Source: an uncultured Pelagibacteraceae bacterium
GTDB taxonomy: Bacteria > Pseudomonadota > Alphaproteobacteria > Pelagibacterales > Pelagibacteraceae
NCBI GenBank assembly: GCA_902626575.1
Contig: CACOFY010000002.1
Location: forward strand, 58,207 to 122,206
Reading direction: 5' to 3'
Length of the DNA stretch: 64,000 nt
This document shows, in pieces, positions 29,315 through 38,236 of this stretch. Positions within the stretch are counted from its first letter, which is position 1. The number at the start of each line of letters is the position of its first letter. The notes below the pieces were generated by a model. It saw only the letters and a program-made list of their open reading frames with translations, ran no database searches and was not told the origin of the DNA. A program made the translations under genes and the position numbers.

Positions 29315-30601
29315 ATGCCAATTAAATATCTTAAAAAGTCACCAAAAACATCTTCAACTGACGACAATAAAACAAAAGATATAGTACAAAAACTTCTTAA
29401 TGATTTAGAAAAATCAAGAGAGGATGGGTGTAAAGAATTAACTGAAAAATTTGATAAATATAATGGAGAAATAATAGTTTCTGAAGAAAGAATAGACGAA
29501 ATTAAAAAATCTCTTGATCAAAAAACAAAAGATGATGTTCAATTTTCTTATGAAAGAGTTAGAAAGTTTGCAGAAGCACAATTAAAAAATTATGGTCAAG
29601 ATTTCGAGGTTGAATTATCGAAAGGTTTGTATGCTGGTCAAAAACTTATACCAGTAAATACTGCAGGTTGCTACATACCTGGAGGAAGATTTGCGCATAT
29701 AGCTTCTGCTGTAATGAGTGTTACAACAGCTAAAGTTGCTGGTGTTAAAAATATTATTGCTTGCTCTCCACCAAAAGAAAAAGTGGGTGCTCATCCTGCA
29801 ATAATTTATACAGCTAATTTGTGTGGTGCAGATAAGATTTTAAATTTAGGTGGTGTTCCAGCTATCGCTGCAATGACTTATGGAATGTTTGGAAATACAC
29901 CAGCAGATATATTGGTAGGACCTGGTAATCAATTTGTTGCAGAGGCAAAGAGAATTTTATTTGGAAAAGTTGGAATTGATTTGTTTGCAGGACCAACTGA
30001 GATTGCAGTTATTGCAGATGAAACTGCTGACCCTGAAATTGTTGCTGTAGATTTAGTAGGACAAGCTGAGCATGGATATAATTCTCCTGCCTGGCTTTAC
30101 ACAACAAGTAAAAAACTTGCAGAAGATGTAATGAAAAGAGTTCCAGAATTAATTTCAGAATTACCTGAAATGCCAAGAGCTAGTGCTGAAGCAGCATGGA
30201 GGGATTATGGTGAAGTTATTTTATGTGATACTGACGAGGAAATGGCTTCTATTAGTGATGAATATGCACCTGAACATTTAGAAGTTCAAACTAAAAATCT
30301 TAAATGGTTTCACGATAGACTTAAAAATTATGGATCACTCTTCATTGGTGAAGAGACAACTGTTGCATATGGAGACAAGTGTTCAGGAACAAATCATATT
30401 TTACCAACTAAAGGTGCGGGTCGATACACAGGAGGATTATTTGTAGGAAAGTTCATTAAAACTTTAAGTTTCCAAAGAATGACTAAAGAGTCTACGAAAG
30501 AAGTTGGTGCAGCAGCGGCTAGAATTTCCAGATATGAAGGAATGGAAGCTCATGCTAGAACTGGTGACGTCAGACTAAGAAAATATGGTTACTCAAATTA
30601 G
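29315..30601 (+). CDS. hpsN: Sulfopropanediol (DHPS) 3-dehydrogenase, HisD paralog
   Basis: HisD fold (GCYIPGG, GPGN, QAEH, APEHLE, GTNHILPT) with HpsN-type MPIKYLKK N-terminus and AHIASA; no his operon nearby and sulfonate context. Confidence 0.8.
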   Translation: MPIKYLKKSPKTSSTDDNKTKDIVQKLLNDLEKSREDGCKELTEKFDKYNGEIIVSEERIDEIKKSLDQKTKDDVQFSYERVRKFAEAQLKNYGQDFEVELSKGLYAGQKLIPVNTAGCYIPGGRFAHIASAVMSVTTAKVAGVKNIIACSPPKEKVGAHPAIIYTANLCGADKILNLGGVPAIAAMTYGMFGNTPADILVGPGNQFVAEAKRILFGKVGIDLFAGPTEIAVIADETADPEIVAVDLVGQAEHGYNSPAWLYTTSKKLAEDVMKRVPELISELPEMPRASAEAAWRDYGEVILCDTDEEMASISDEYAPEHLEVQTKNLKWFHDRLKNYGSLFIGEETTVAYGDKCSGTNHILPTKGAGRYTGGLFVGKFIKTLSFQRMTKESTKEVGAAAARISRYEGMEAHARTGDVRLRKYGYSN

Positions 30602-31044
30602 TGACAACTTATATTAAACTTCTTTAATCTCCAATAATTATAAGGCCAGGGTGTTAAAAAACCTACCAACAACATAATTGGTACAACCCACAACGTTAGT
30701 ATAGCACCACCTGTTAAAAAATAATCAGTTAGGTTCATTGCGACTTCCATGCTGATCATTGAAATAAAGCTCATTCCCAATGCTGTTTTTAAAGCATTCA
30801 AAAATTTAAAATTTTGTCTAAACAAAATAATAGTTTCTAAAATAATGCTTGTTATCAAACCATTAATGATTGCAAGTATCATAATTCCTAGGACAGGAAA
30901 TGGTATTTTTGTGATTTGAAAAAATAATATTGTTCCAAAGTCTCCAATTGCACAACCAAGCAAACACCAAGCTGTATTTTTTGCACTTCTTTTCCAAGTA
31001 TGATTACAGTTCCAATGAAAATTATTTATATTTTCAGCTTCCAT
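30598..31044 (-). CDS. DUF4396-family membrane protein
   Basis: TAWCLLGCAIGDFG, GMSFISMISMEVAMN, GFLTPWPYNYW. Confidence 0.82.
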   Translation of the reverse strand: MEAENINNFHWNCNHTWKRSAKNTAWCLLGCAIGDFGTILFFQITKIPFPVLGIMILAIINGLITSIILETIILFRQNFKFLNALKTALGMSFISMISMEVAMNLTDYFLTGGAILTLWVVPIMLLVGFLTPWPYNYWRLKKFNISCH

Positions 31045-31054
31045 TATTAAGCAA

Positions 31055-31471
31055 TTAGTTAGCTTGATCCCTTATTTTTCTAGCATGTATAAAAGATTTT
31101 ATACATTGCATGGTAAAATAAAATCCTGTGATTGCTAACATAGCTTTTGAGAGATCTGCCCAAAAATTTTCAAATGCGGAACCAGTTACTATAGATCTTG
31201 CCAAATCTAAACCACCAAGAAAAGCAAAAAGCCCGAAAAGCACTACTATATGCATAAAAAGTTTTTTTTTATTAACAAATTTTATTGATAAATAAGAAAA
31301 AATTAAAATTGGTATGCCGATGAAAGCTGGAATATATGAAGTAAAGGAGTCACTGCCGCTTAGAAAGCTAATTATTACTCCCCAAATAATAAGTAATGAC
31401 CCGTAATAAATTGAAAATTTTTCTATAGATACTCCAAATACTTTGAATTCTTGATTAGTATTTGTTTCCAT
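31055..31471 (-). CDS. Hypothetical four-TM membrane protein
   Basis: 138 aa with TSYIPAFIG, MHIVV and IKSFIHARK; lies in a co-oriented gene run. Confidence 0.75.
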   Translation of the reverse strand: METNTNQEFKVFGVSIEKFSIYYGSLLIIWGVIISFLSGSDSFTSYIPAFIGIPILIFSYLSIKFVNKKKLFMHIVVLFGLFAFLGGLDLARSIVTGSAFENFWADLSKAMLAITGFYFTMQCIKSFIHARKIRDQAN

Positions 31472-31504
31472 ATCTACCAGGTTATAATAAAATTAAGTTT
31501 TTTT

Positions 31505-32014
31505 CTAATCTAATTTAACACTAGCAACCATTCCTATTTGATAATGACCAGGAACATTGCATGCAATTTCAATATTCATTGCATTATCAAACTTCCAAAC
31601 TAAGTCACCTTTTTCTTTAGGTGCTAATAAAACACTGTTGCTGTGTGAGTGTCCCATAGCTTTGTCCATTTTTGCCATTTTTTTCATTTTATCTCTATCG
31701 ATCGTATCTGCTAACAAAATTCCATGTTCAACCATTCTTTCCATTTCTGGCTGATGTTTTTTATGCATCATTGCATTTGCGATATTAAATTCATGTACAA
31801 GATTACCTTCATTGATAACTTCAAATTTAATTGTTTCACCTTTTTTAATATTGAAAGACTTTGGCTCATAATAGTTATCATACATTTTTACTTCTATTAT
31901 CCTATCAATCTCACTCAATTTTCCTTTGGATCCAATTCCCATATTTTTGTCAGCCAAAGATACGGAACTAAAAAACATTAAAATTGTCGTATATTTTAAA
32001 AATTTCATAAACAT
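31505..32014 (-). CDS. Periplasmic cupredoxin with His/Met-rich insert (CopI-like)
   Basis: Signal peptide; HEF...CNVPGHYQIGM type 1 copper ligands; MMHKKH and MGHSH segments. Confidence 0.85.
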   Translation of the reverse strand: MFMKFLKYTTILMFFSSVSLADKNMGIGSKGKLSEIDRIIEVKMYDNYYEPKSFNIKKGETIKFEVINEGNLVHEFNIANAMMHKKHQPEMERMVEHGILLADTIDRDKMKKMAKMDKAMGHSHSNSVLLAPKEKGDLVWKFDNAMNIEIACNVPGHYQIGMVASVKLD

Positions 32015-32035
32015 ATTTAATTTTCCTTACTTATT

Positions 32036-32482
32036 TTATTGCAGACTTTTAATTTTTTCTAAAAAAGAATTTCCCCACTCATCTGAACCAGAGTCATCAC
32101 CATCACATTCTTGTCTATCTAAAACTTTGTTTGCTTTTAATTGAATTAGTTTTTCATCTACTTTTTTACCCGCACCACAAAAAATATCATGTGATCTATC
32201 GCCTAATGCACATACGCTATAATTTAAATTTTGGAGCTCTTTTGATGATGCATTTAAATCATCCCAAAAATCTTCTCCATTAGTCGGCAAATCACCTTCT
32301 CCTGTAGTCGAAGTTACTATTGCTACATTTTTCATTTTTGCAAAATCCGTCATGCTGACGTCATTTAACTCTACTTTGTTTGTGGTGAATCCCATTTTTT
32401 GAGCTTTGTCGTTCAATACCTTAGCAACGTCTTCTGCATTCCCAGACATAGATGCCCACAGTATATTTAATTCTGTTTTCAA
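32036..32482 (-). CDS. Short-chain flavodoxin
   Basis: ASMSGNAE, STTGEGDLP, ALGDRS, FCGAG; TTG start overlaps the aox stop, with an AAGGAG SD. Confidence 0.9.
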   Translation of the reverse strand: MKTELNILWASMSGNAEDVAKVLNDKAQKMGFTTNKVELNDVSMTDFAKMKNVAIVTSTTGEGDLPTNGEDFWDDLNASSKELQNLNYSVCALGDRSHDIFCGAGKKVDEKLIQLKANKVLDRQECDGDDSGSDEWGNSFLEKIKSLQ

Positions 32483-33162
32483 TCTGTCTCCTTTAAATTG
32501 TCTTCTTTAGAAAGCTGTTCTTTTTCAATTTCAACATTTTTTTTTTTGTTAACTCTGTTATCAATAATATCTGCAAATTTATGATTTACATCTCTATGTC
32601 CTGCTTCATCATCTCTTATAACTTTTACAACATCTTTTAATGTAGCATGCAATGGTAAGTTCCAATAATTAATAGCTATTTCGGGAGCAGGTTGGTCTGG
32701 AATTTTTCCAGATTCAAGTTCGTTTAAATATTCAGTATAACTTACAACTGCCTCTTCCTCAAAATAACCAACTATTCTATGTGCGGTTCTTTGAGAAATT
32801 AAATATATTAGGGCATAAGTAATAATAAAAATAAATTGAGCAATTAATATTATGCCTCTTTCTATAAATGTTGGTTTTGCAATATGAATAAATGTCATAA
32901 GATGCATTCTTTCATTTTCAGCTTCGTCTAATAATGTTTTAATCCACCCTTTATCATCTTCCATCTTTCTTAAAGACTTTAAATGAATTAACATTCCTGC
33001 AACCATACCTGGAACGGCAGCAACTGTTTCAAGTACAACTGCTCTGTGCCCGTACCTTTTTTTGAAAAAAGTATCTGCAAGAAAACGCAAAAATTTCGTG
33101 AAAGATAAAGCTACCTTATCGCTAAAATTTTGCGGTTGAAAATGTCGATCTAAATTGCTCAT
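32479..33162 (-). CDS. aox: Alternative oxidase (di-iron ubiquinol oxidase)
   Basis: LETVAAVPGMV, EAENERMHL, YFEEEA, RDDEAGH iron-ligand motifs; ATG at 33162 preferred over TTG at 33198. Confidence 0.95.
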   Translation of the reverse strand: MSNLDRHFQPQNFSDKVALSFTKFLRFLADTFFKKRYGHRAVVLETVAAVPGMVAGMLIHLKSLRKMEDDKGWIKTLLDEAENERMHLMTFIHIAKPTFIERGIILIAQFIFIITYALIYLISQRTAHRIVGYFEEEAVVSYTEYLNELESGKIPDQPAPEIAINYWNLPLHATLKDVVKVIRDDEAGHRDVNHKFADIIDNRVNKKKNVEIEKEQLSKEDNLKETD

Positions 33163-33231
33163 ACCCGACTTATTTAGTAGGATTTTAATAAATTCCAATG
33201 AGATAAATTTGTCACCTAGAACCTAAATATA

Positions 33232-33846
33232 TCAATAAAAATTGAAAATTTCAGTCAAAACGTACAAAGCTATAAATGACATAAATGTAATTATGAAATA
33301 ATTGATCATTTTCCAAACTTTTACACTTCTCAAATAGCTAGACATAAATTTTGATAAATAGCCAAGAGTAAAAAAAAACATAAAAGATAAAATTGATGCA
33401 CCTATTCCAAAATAATATTTGTCTGTTATTTCAAAATTCTTAGATAAATTTCCTAAAAAAAATACTGTATCTGAATAGACATGTGGATTTAAATAAGTAA
33501 ATGCTAATGTTTTAAAAATAATATTTTTTAATTTATTTTTTTCAGTTTTGATTTCAAAACTGACATCGCTATAATTAGTTCTTATTTTAGTAGTAATAAA
33601 ATATATAAGAAAAAAAAATAATAAAATATTAAATATTAGTTCGATTTCTTTTGAGAAAAAATCATTGAAATATTCAAATAAAAAAATACCAAGAAAAATT
33701 AAAATTAAATCAGAAATTGAGCAAATTAAACAAACTGTAAAAATGTACTGCCTTTTTAAACCTTGCTCAATTACAAATATATTTTGAGCACCCAAAGCGA
33801 GAATTAAGCTTAAACCTGTGAAAACTCCTAATAATAAAAATTCCAT
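33232..33846 (-). CDS. LysE/ArgO family amino acid exporter
   Basis: LILALGAQNIFVI, TYLNPHVYSDT. Confidence 0.9.
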   Translation of the reverse strand: MEFLLLGVFTGLSLILALGAQNIFVIEQGLKRQYIFTVCLICSISDLILIFLGIFLFEYFNDFFSKEIELIFNILLFFFLIYFITTKIRTNYSDVSFEIKTEKNKLKNIIFKTLAFTYLNPHVYSDTVFFLGNLSKNFEITDKYYFGIGASILSFMFFFTLGYLSKFMSSYLRSVKVWKMINYFIITFMSFIALYVLTEIFNFY

Positions 33847-33893
33847 ATTTATTTATTATTTCTTATTTTATAAAAAAGATATAATTTATTTAA

Positions 33894-34238
33894 ATGAATA
33901 AACGCACTGTTATAAATCCAATGAAATTAACTTTTGAACCATTTGATAATTATGGTGAACCAATCAAGGGCATGAGTTGGCATAAGATTAGTTATGATAA
34001 AGAAAAAGGTGAAGGGAGTTATATTTTGAAAATGGAACCTGGTTCTAAAAGCATTCCACACGAACATATAAACTATGAAGAGTTTTACATGTTAGATGGA
34101 GAATTGATTGATGCAGATGGCAAAGTTTTTAAAAAAGGAGACTTTGTAAGCTTTGAACCTGGGTCCACACACTCATCTTATACAAATAATGGTTGTTTAA
34201 TTTTAGTTTTTATGAGATCAAGAAATAAAACAATTTAA
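33894..34238 (+). CDS. ChrR-like cupin protein
   Basis: PHEH...EE.YMLDG...PGSTHS cupin metal motif. Confidence 0.85.
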   Translation: MNKRTVINPMKLTFEPFDNYGEPIKGMSWHKISYDKEKGEGSYILKMEPGSKSIPHEHINYEEFYMLDGELIDADGKVFKKGDFVSFEPGSTHSSYTNNGCLILVFMRSRNKTI

Positions 34239-34253
34239 ATATAACTTTCTTTT

Positions 34254-34949
34254 ATGATTGGAATATTAGGTGGGATGGGAACTCGAGCAGGTCTAGATTT
34301 CTGCAATAAAATTGCTGTGTTAAATCGTGGAAAATCAGATCAACAATATCCAAAATTTATTCTGTATAATAAATCAGATACGCCAAGACGACCTGAAAAT
34401 TTAAAAAAATATCACAATGTTTTAAAAGAATTGATAAAGGGTTGCAAATTACTACAAAAGAATAAATGTAAATTTATAGTCATGCCATGTAATACAGCTC
34501 ATTATTGGCAAGATGATATTCAAAAAAAAATAAGGATCCCTTTGGTAAGTATGCCAAAAGAAGTTTATCTTCACGCAAAAAAATCTTGTAAAAAAAATTC
34601 TAAGATTGGTATTTTATGTACAGAGGCGACTATTAAGACAAAAGTATATAGTAAATATTTTGATAAAGGATTTAAATTAGTTTCTCCTGGAAAAAAATTA
34701 CAAAAAAATAGTGTTAATAAGGCAATTAAATTTGTCAAAATGGGTAAGGTAAGAGAGGCTGAAAAAGCTTTAAAGCCAGCTGTAAATTATCTAATTAAAA
34801 TTAAATGTAAAAAAATTATCTTGGGATGTACAGAGCTTCCGATTGCTATTTTTGCTTACAAGTCATTTAAAAAAATAAGAGAGTCTAAAATATTTATTGA
34901 TCCAAATTTGTTACTTGCTCAAGTATCAATGAAAAAATATAAAAGGTAA
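34254..34949 (+). CDS. Aspartate/glutamate-family amino acid racemase (possibly cysteate racemase)
   Basis: GILGGMG, MPCNTAH and LGCTELP catalytic Cys pair. Confidence 0.88.
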   Translation: MIGILGGMGTRAGLDFCNKIAVLNRGKSDQQYPKFILYNKSDTPRRPENLKKYHNVLKELIKGCKLLQKNKCKFIVMPCNTAHYWQDDIQKKIRIPLVSMPKEVYLHAKKSCKKNSKIGILCTEATIKTKVYSKYFDKGFKLVSPGKKLQKNSVNKAIKFVKMGKVREAEKALKPAVNYLIKIKCKKIILGCTELPIAIFAYKSFKKIRESKIFIDPNLLLAQVSMKKYKR

Positions 34950-34984
34950 AACCAACAATCTTATAATAAAGATTGTTGGTTTTT
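34948..34984. terminator. Bidirectional intrinsic terminator
   Basis: AAAACCAACAATCTT-ATAATA-AAGATTGTTGGTTTT between convergent genes. Confidence 0.85.
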
Positions 34985-34998
34985 AAATTTATGAATAT

Positions 34999-35661
34999 TT
35001 ATTTAGATGGATCTGGTACTTTTCTAAGATAAGGTTTAATTGCCTTCCAACCGTTAGGATACAATTTTTTAGCCTCATCGTCTTTCACAGCAGGCACAAT
35101 TATTACTTCCTCGCCTTTTTTCCAATCAGCTGGGGTTGCTACCTTATGTTTGGCTGTGAGCTGCATTGAGTCAATTGATCTTAAAAGTTCAAGAAAATTT
35201 CTTCCAGTTGCCATAGGATAAGTTAAAAATAAGCCAATTCTTTTATCAGGTCTTATTATAAAAACCGTTCTCACTGTTTGGTTATCAACAGCAGTTCTTC
35301 CCATTGATGTTGTCCCAGCATCTCCCTCTAACATATTATAAAGTTTTGCAATTTTTAAATCCTCATCAGCGATTATTGGATAGTCTGGTTTATTTCCAGT
35401 GACATCTTTTATATCCTCTAACCATTTTACGTGGTCTGAAACTGGATCTACACTTAAACCAATTACCTTAACATTTCTTTTATCAAACTCGGGTTTTAAT
35501 TTTGCAAGTGATCCTAGTTCTGTAGTGCAAACTGGAGTAAAATCTTTTGGATGGGAAAATAATACTCCCCAACTATCTCCTAACCATTCATGAAAAGAAA
35601 TATCTCCTACAGTTGTCTTGGCTTTAAAATCTGGTGCTAAACTATTAATTTTTAATGTCAT
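34999..35661 (-). CDS. 1-Cys peroxiredoxin (Prx6)
   Basis: FSHPKDFTPVCTTE, YPMATGRNF, VATPADW. Confidence 0.95.
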   Translation of the reverse strand: MTLKINSLAPDFKAKTTVGDISFHEWLGDSWGVLFSHPKDFTPVCTTELGSLAKLKPEFDKRNVKVIGLSVDPVSDHVKWLEDIKDVTGNKPDYPIIADEDLKIAKLYNMLEGDAGTTSMGRTAVDNQTVRTVFIIRPDKRIGLFLTYPMATGRNFLELLRSIDSMQLTAKHKVATPADWKKGEEVIIVPAVKDDEAKKLYPNGWKAIKPYLRKVPDPSK

Positions 35662-35741
35662 TTACCCCCCTAAATTGTTTTTCTAAATCCAATTATATGA
35701 AAGATTGAATAATGATGCAATTTTTAATAATATTAAAATCT

Positions 35742-36434
35742 ATGATCTTTAAGCAATTATTTGATAATAAATCTTCAACTTATACGTACATTCTTGCAAG
35801 TGATAAAGGTAGAGAAGCTTTAATTATAGATCCTGTAATTGAACATACAAATAAATATCTAAATGTTTTGAGTGAGTTGGATCTTAAGTTAGTTAAAGTA
35901 ATTGATACACATATTCATGCTGATCATGTTACCGGTTTAAACGAACTAAGTAAAAAAACAAATTGTACAAAGATCATGGGTGAAAAATCAAAATCAGAAG
36001 TTGTTGATTTACATGTCAAAGAGGATGATAAAATTAAAATTGATAATATTGAACTTAAAGTAATTTATACTCCTGGTCATACTGACTGCTCTTACAGTTA
36101 TCTTATGAATGATAGAGTTTTTACTGGCGACACATTGTTAATTAATGGAACTGGCAGAACAGATTTTCAAAATGGAAGCGCAAAAGATCAATATGACTCT
36201 CTTTTTAATAAAATTTTAAAATTACCTGAAAATACAGTCGTATTGCCTGCTCATGACTACAACGGCAAAACCTCATCAACGATTGGCAATGAAATAAAAA
36301 ATAATCCAAGATTACAAGTTGATTCTGTTGATCAATATATTGAAATTATGAACAATTTAAATTTAGCTAATCCAAAAATGATGGATATAGCAGTCCCTGC
36401 TAATGTTAAAGGTTTAACTACTGATCAGTTGTAA
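35742..36434 (+). CDS. Persulfide dioxygenase (ETHE1-like MBL-fold)
   Basis: MIFKQLFD...STYTY start, DTHIHADH, TPGHT, GRTDFQ, PAHDY, NPRL, AVPAN. Confidence 0.88.
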   Translation: MIFKQLFDNKSSTYTYILASDKGREALIIDPVIEHTNKYLNVLSELDLKLVKVIDTHIHADHVTGLNELSKKTNCTKIMGEKSKSEVVDLHVKEDDKIKIDNIELKVIYTPGHTDCSYSYLMNDRVFTGDTLLINGTGRTDFQNGSAKDQYDSLFNKILKLPENTVVLPAHDYNGKTSSTIGNEIKNNPRLQVDSVDQYIEIMNNLNLANPKMMDIAVPANVKGLTTDQL

Positions 36435-36487
36435 TTAAACGTTAATTTAAGTATTGAATTATAATATTGAACAATTATATATCTTCT

Positions 36488-36607
36488 ATGACTTGCGAAA
36501 ACTTAAAATGTAATTGCTCAAACTGTATGAATGATAAATGCAGATGCGATGGTTCTAAAGTTTGTCGTTGTGATCCTGAAGAAACTTCTTGTTGTTGCAA
36601 TAAGTAG
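36488..36607 (+). CDS. Metallothionein-like cysteine-rich peptide (39 aa; not in the ORF track)
   Basis: MTCENLKCNCSNCMNDKCRCDGSKVCRCDPEETSCCCNK*: 11 Cys in CxC, CxxC and CCC arrays, no aromatic residues; fills the gap before cysE. Confidence 0.8.
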   Translation: MTCENLKCNCSNCMNDKCRCDGSKVCRCDPEETSCCCNK

Positions 36608-36634
36608 TTTTTTAAATCAAAAAACAAATAAATT

Positions 36635-37216
36635 ATGAATGATTTTTTAGAATCTATTATTAAGAGAGACCCGGCTGCAAAATCTAAGCTGTATGTTATT
36701 TTAACGTATCCAGGAGTAAAGGCTATATTTTTTCATAAAATTGCAAATTTTTTTTCAATTGCAAAATTCGATTTGATAGCAAGAATTATTTCCCAGTTTT
36801 CAAGATTTTTAACTGGTATAGAAATTCATCCAAGAGCAAAAATAGGAAAAAATCTTTTCATTGATCATGGTATGGGTGTTGTAATAGGTGAAACTTCTGA
36901 TATTGGAGATAATGTTACAATCTATCACATGGCTACACTTGGGGGAATTTCTCCAAGCATTAATTCGGAAGTTCAAAGAAATACAAAAAGACATCCTACT
37001 TTAATGAATAATGTTGTTGTTGGTTCTGGTGCACAGATATTAGGTCCAGTTGTTATTGGAAAAAATGCTAAGATTGGTGCCAATGCTGTAGTTACTAAAA
37101 ATGTTCCTGAAAACGCAATCATGGTTGGAATTCCAGCAAAGAATGTTGGTGAGAGTTCAGTTGATGATGAAACATTTAAACCTTATGGTATTACTGAACA
37201 AAGTGATAAAAATTAA
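36635..37216 (+). CDS. cysE: Serine O-acetyltransferase
   Basis: [35 protein letters not shown]. Confidence 0.96.
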   Translation: MNDFLESIIKRDPAAKSKLYVILTYPGVKAIFFHKIANFFSIAKFDLIARIISQFSRFLTGIEIHPRAKIGKNLFIDHGMGVVIGETSDIGDNVTIYHMATLGGISPSINSEVQRNTKRHPTLMNNVVVGSGAQILGPVVIGKNAKIGANAVVTKNVPENAIMVGIPAKNVGESSVDDETFKPYGITEQSDKN

Positions 37217-38218
37217 ATGAAGAATTCTCAAAATAATTTTATTGATGGTATTGGAAATACACCATTGGTTAAACTTAAAGCTGCTTCCGAGATAACAGGG
37301 TGTAATATATATGGTAAAGCAGAATATTTAAATCCTGGTGGTTCAGTAAAAGATAGAGCTGCACTTGCATTAATAAGAGATGCAGAGGAAAAAAAATTAA
37401 TTTCTAAGGGTGGTACAATTGTTGAAGGGACTGCAGGGAATACAGGTATTGGACTATGTTTAATTGGAAACTCAATCGGTTACAAAACAGTAATTGTAAT
37501 GAATGACAACCAAACACAAGAAAAAAAAGATATGCTGAAAAATATTGGTGCCGATTTAAGATTAGTTCCTCCTAAACCTTATAAAGATGACGGCAATTAT
37601 GTTAAAGTTGCTGGAAGATTAGCAGATGAGTTAAGAAGTTCAAATAATCATGGGGTTGTTTGGGCAAATCAATTCGACAACACTGCAAATTTAAAAGGAC
37701 ATTACAAAACTACAGGTCCAGAAATTTATGATCAAACAGATGGTAAAGTAGATGCATTCATATGTGCATCTGGAACTGGAGGAACCATTGCTGGTGTTAG
37801 TAGTTACTTAAAAGAAAAAAATAAAGATATTAAAATTTATCTTTCCGATCCAGCAGGTTCATCACTTTGTAATTACGTAAATAATGGTGAGTTAAAAAGT
37901 GAGGGTAATTCTATTACCGAAGGTATTGGCTCAAGTAGAGTGACAGCTAACTTTGCAGAAGCAAAGATCGATGGTGCATTCTCTATAAGTGATAATGAAT
38001 CTTTACCAGTTTTGTTTGATCTTATTCAAAATGAAGGATTAAGTTTGGGGACTAGTTGCGGTGTAAATATCGCAGGTGCTATAAGATTAGGAAAAGAATT
38101 AGGGCCAGGAAAGACAATCGTAACGATACTCTGCGACAAGAGTGATAAATATAACAGCAAATTATTCAATAAAAAATTTCTTCAAGAAAAAGGTTTACCG
38201 TATCCAAATTGGATATAA
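37217..38218 (+). CDS. cysK: Cysteine synthase (O-acetylserine sulfhydrylase)
   Basis: IGNTPL, NPGGSVKDR, EGTAGNTG, NQFDN, GTGGT, EGIG. Confidence 0.93.
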   Translation: MKNSQNNFIDGIGNTPLVKLKAASEITGCNIYGKAEYLNPGGSVKDRAALALIRDAEEKKLISKGGTIVEGTAGNTGIGLCLIGNSIGYKTVIVMNDNQTQEKKDMLKNIGADLRLVPPKPYKDDGNYVKVAGRLADELRSSNNHGVVWANQFDNTANLKGHYKTTGPEIYDQTDGKVDAFICASGTGGTIAGVSSYLKEKNKDIKIYLSDPAGSSLCNYVNNGELKSEGNSITEGIGSSRVTANFAEAKIDGAFSISDNESLPVLFDLIQNEGLSLGTSCGVNIAGAIRLGKELGPGKTIVTILCDKSDKYNSKLFNKKFLQEKGLPYPNWI

Positions 38219-38236
38219 TTGATATATTAAAATGAT

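Noticed and set aside
29315-30601. Annotation as histidinol dehydrogenase hisD
   Set aside because: N-terminus, motif variants and sulfonate context fit HpsN better, and no his operon flanks it.
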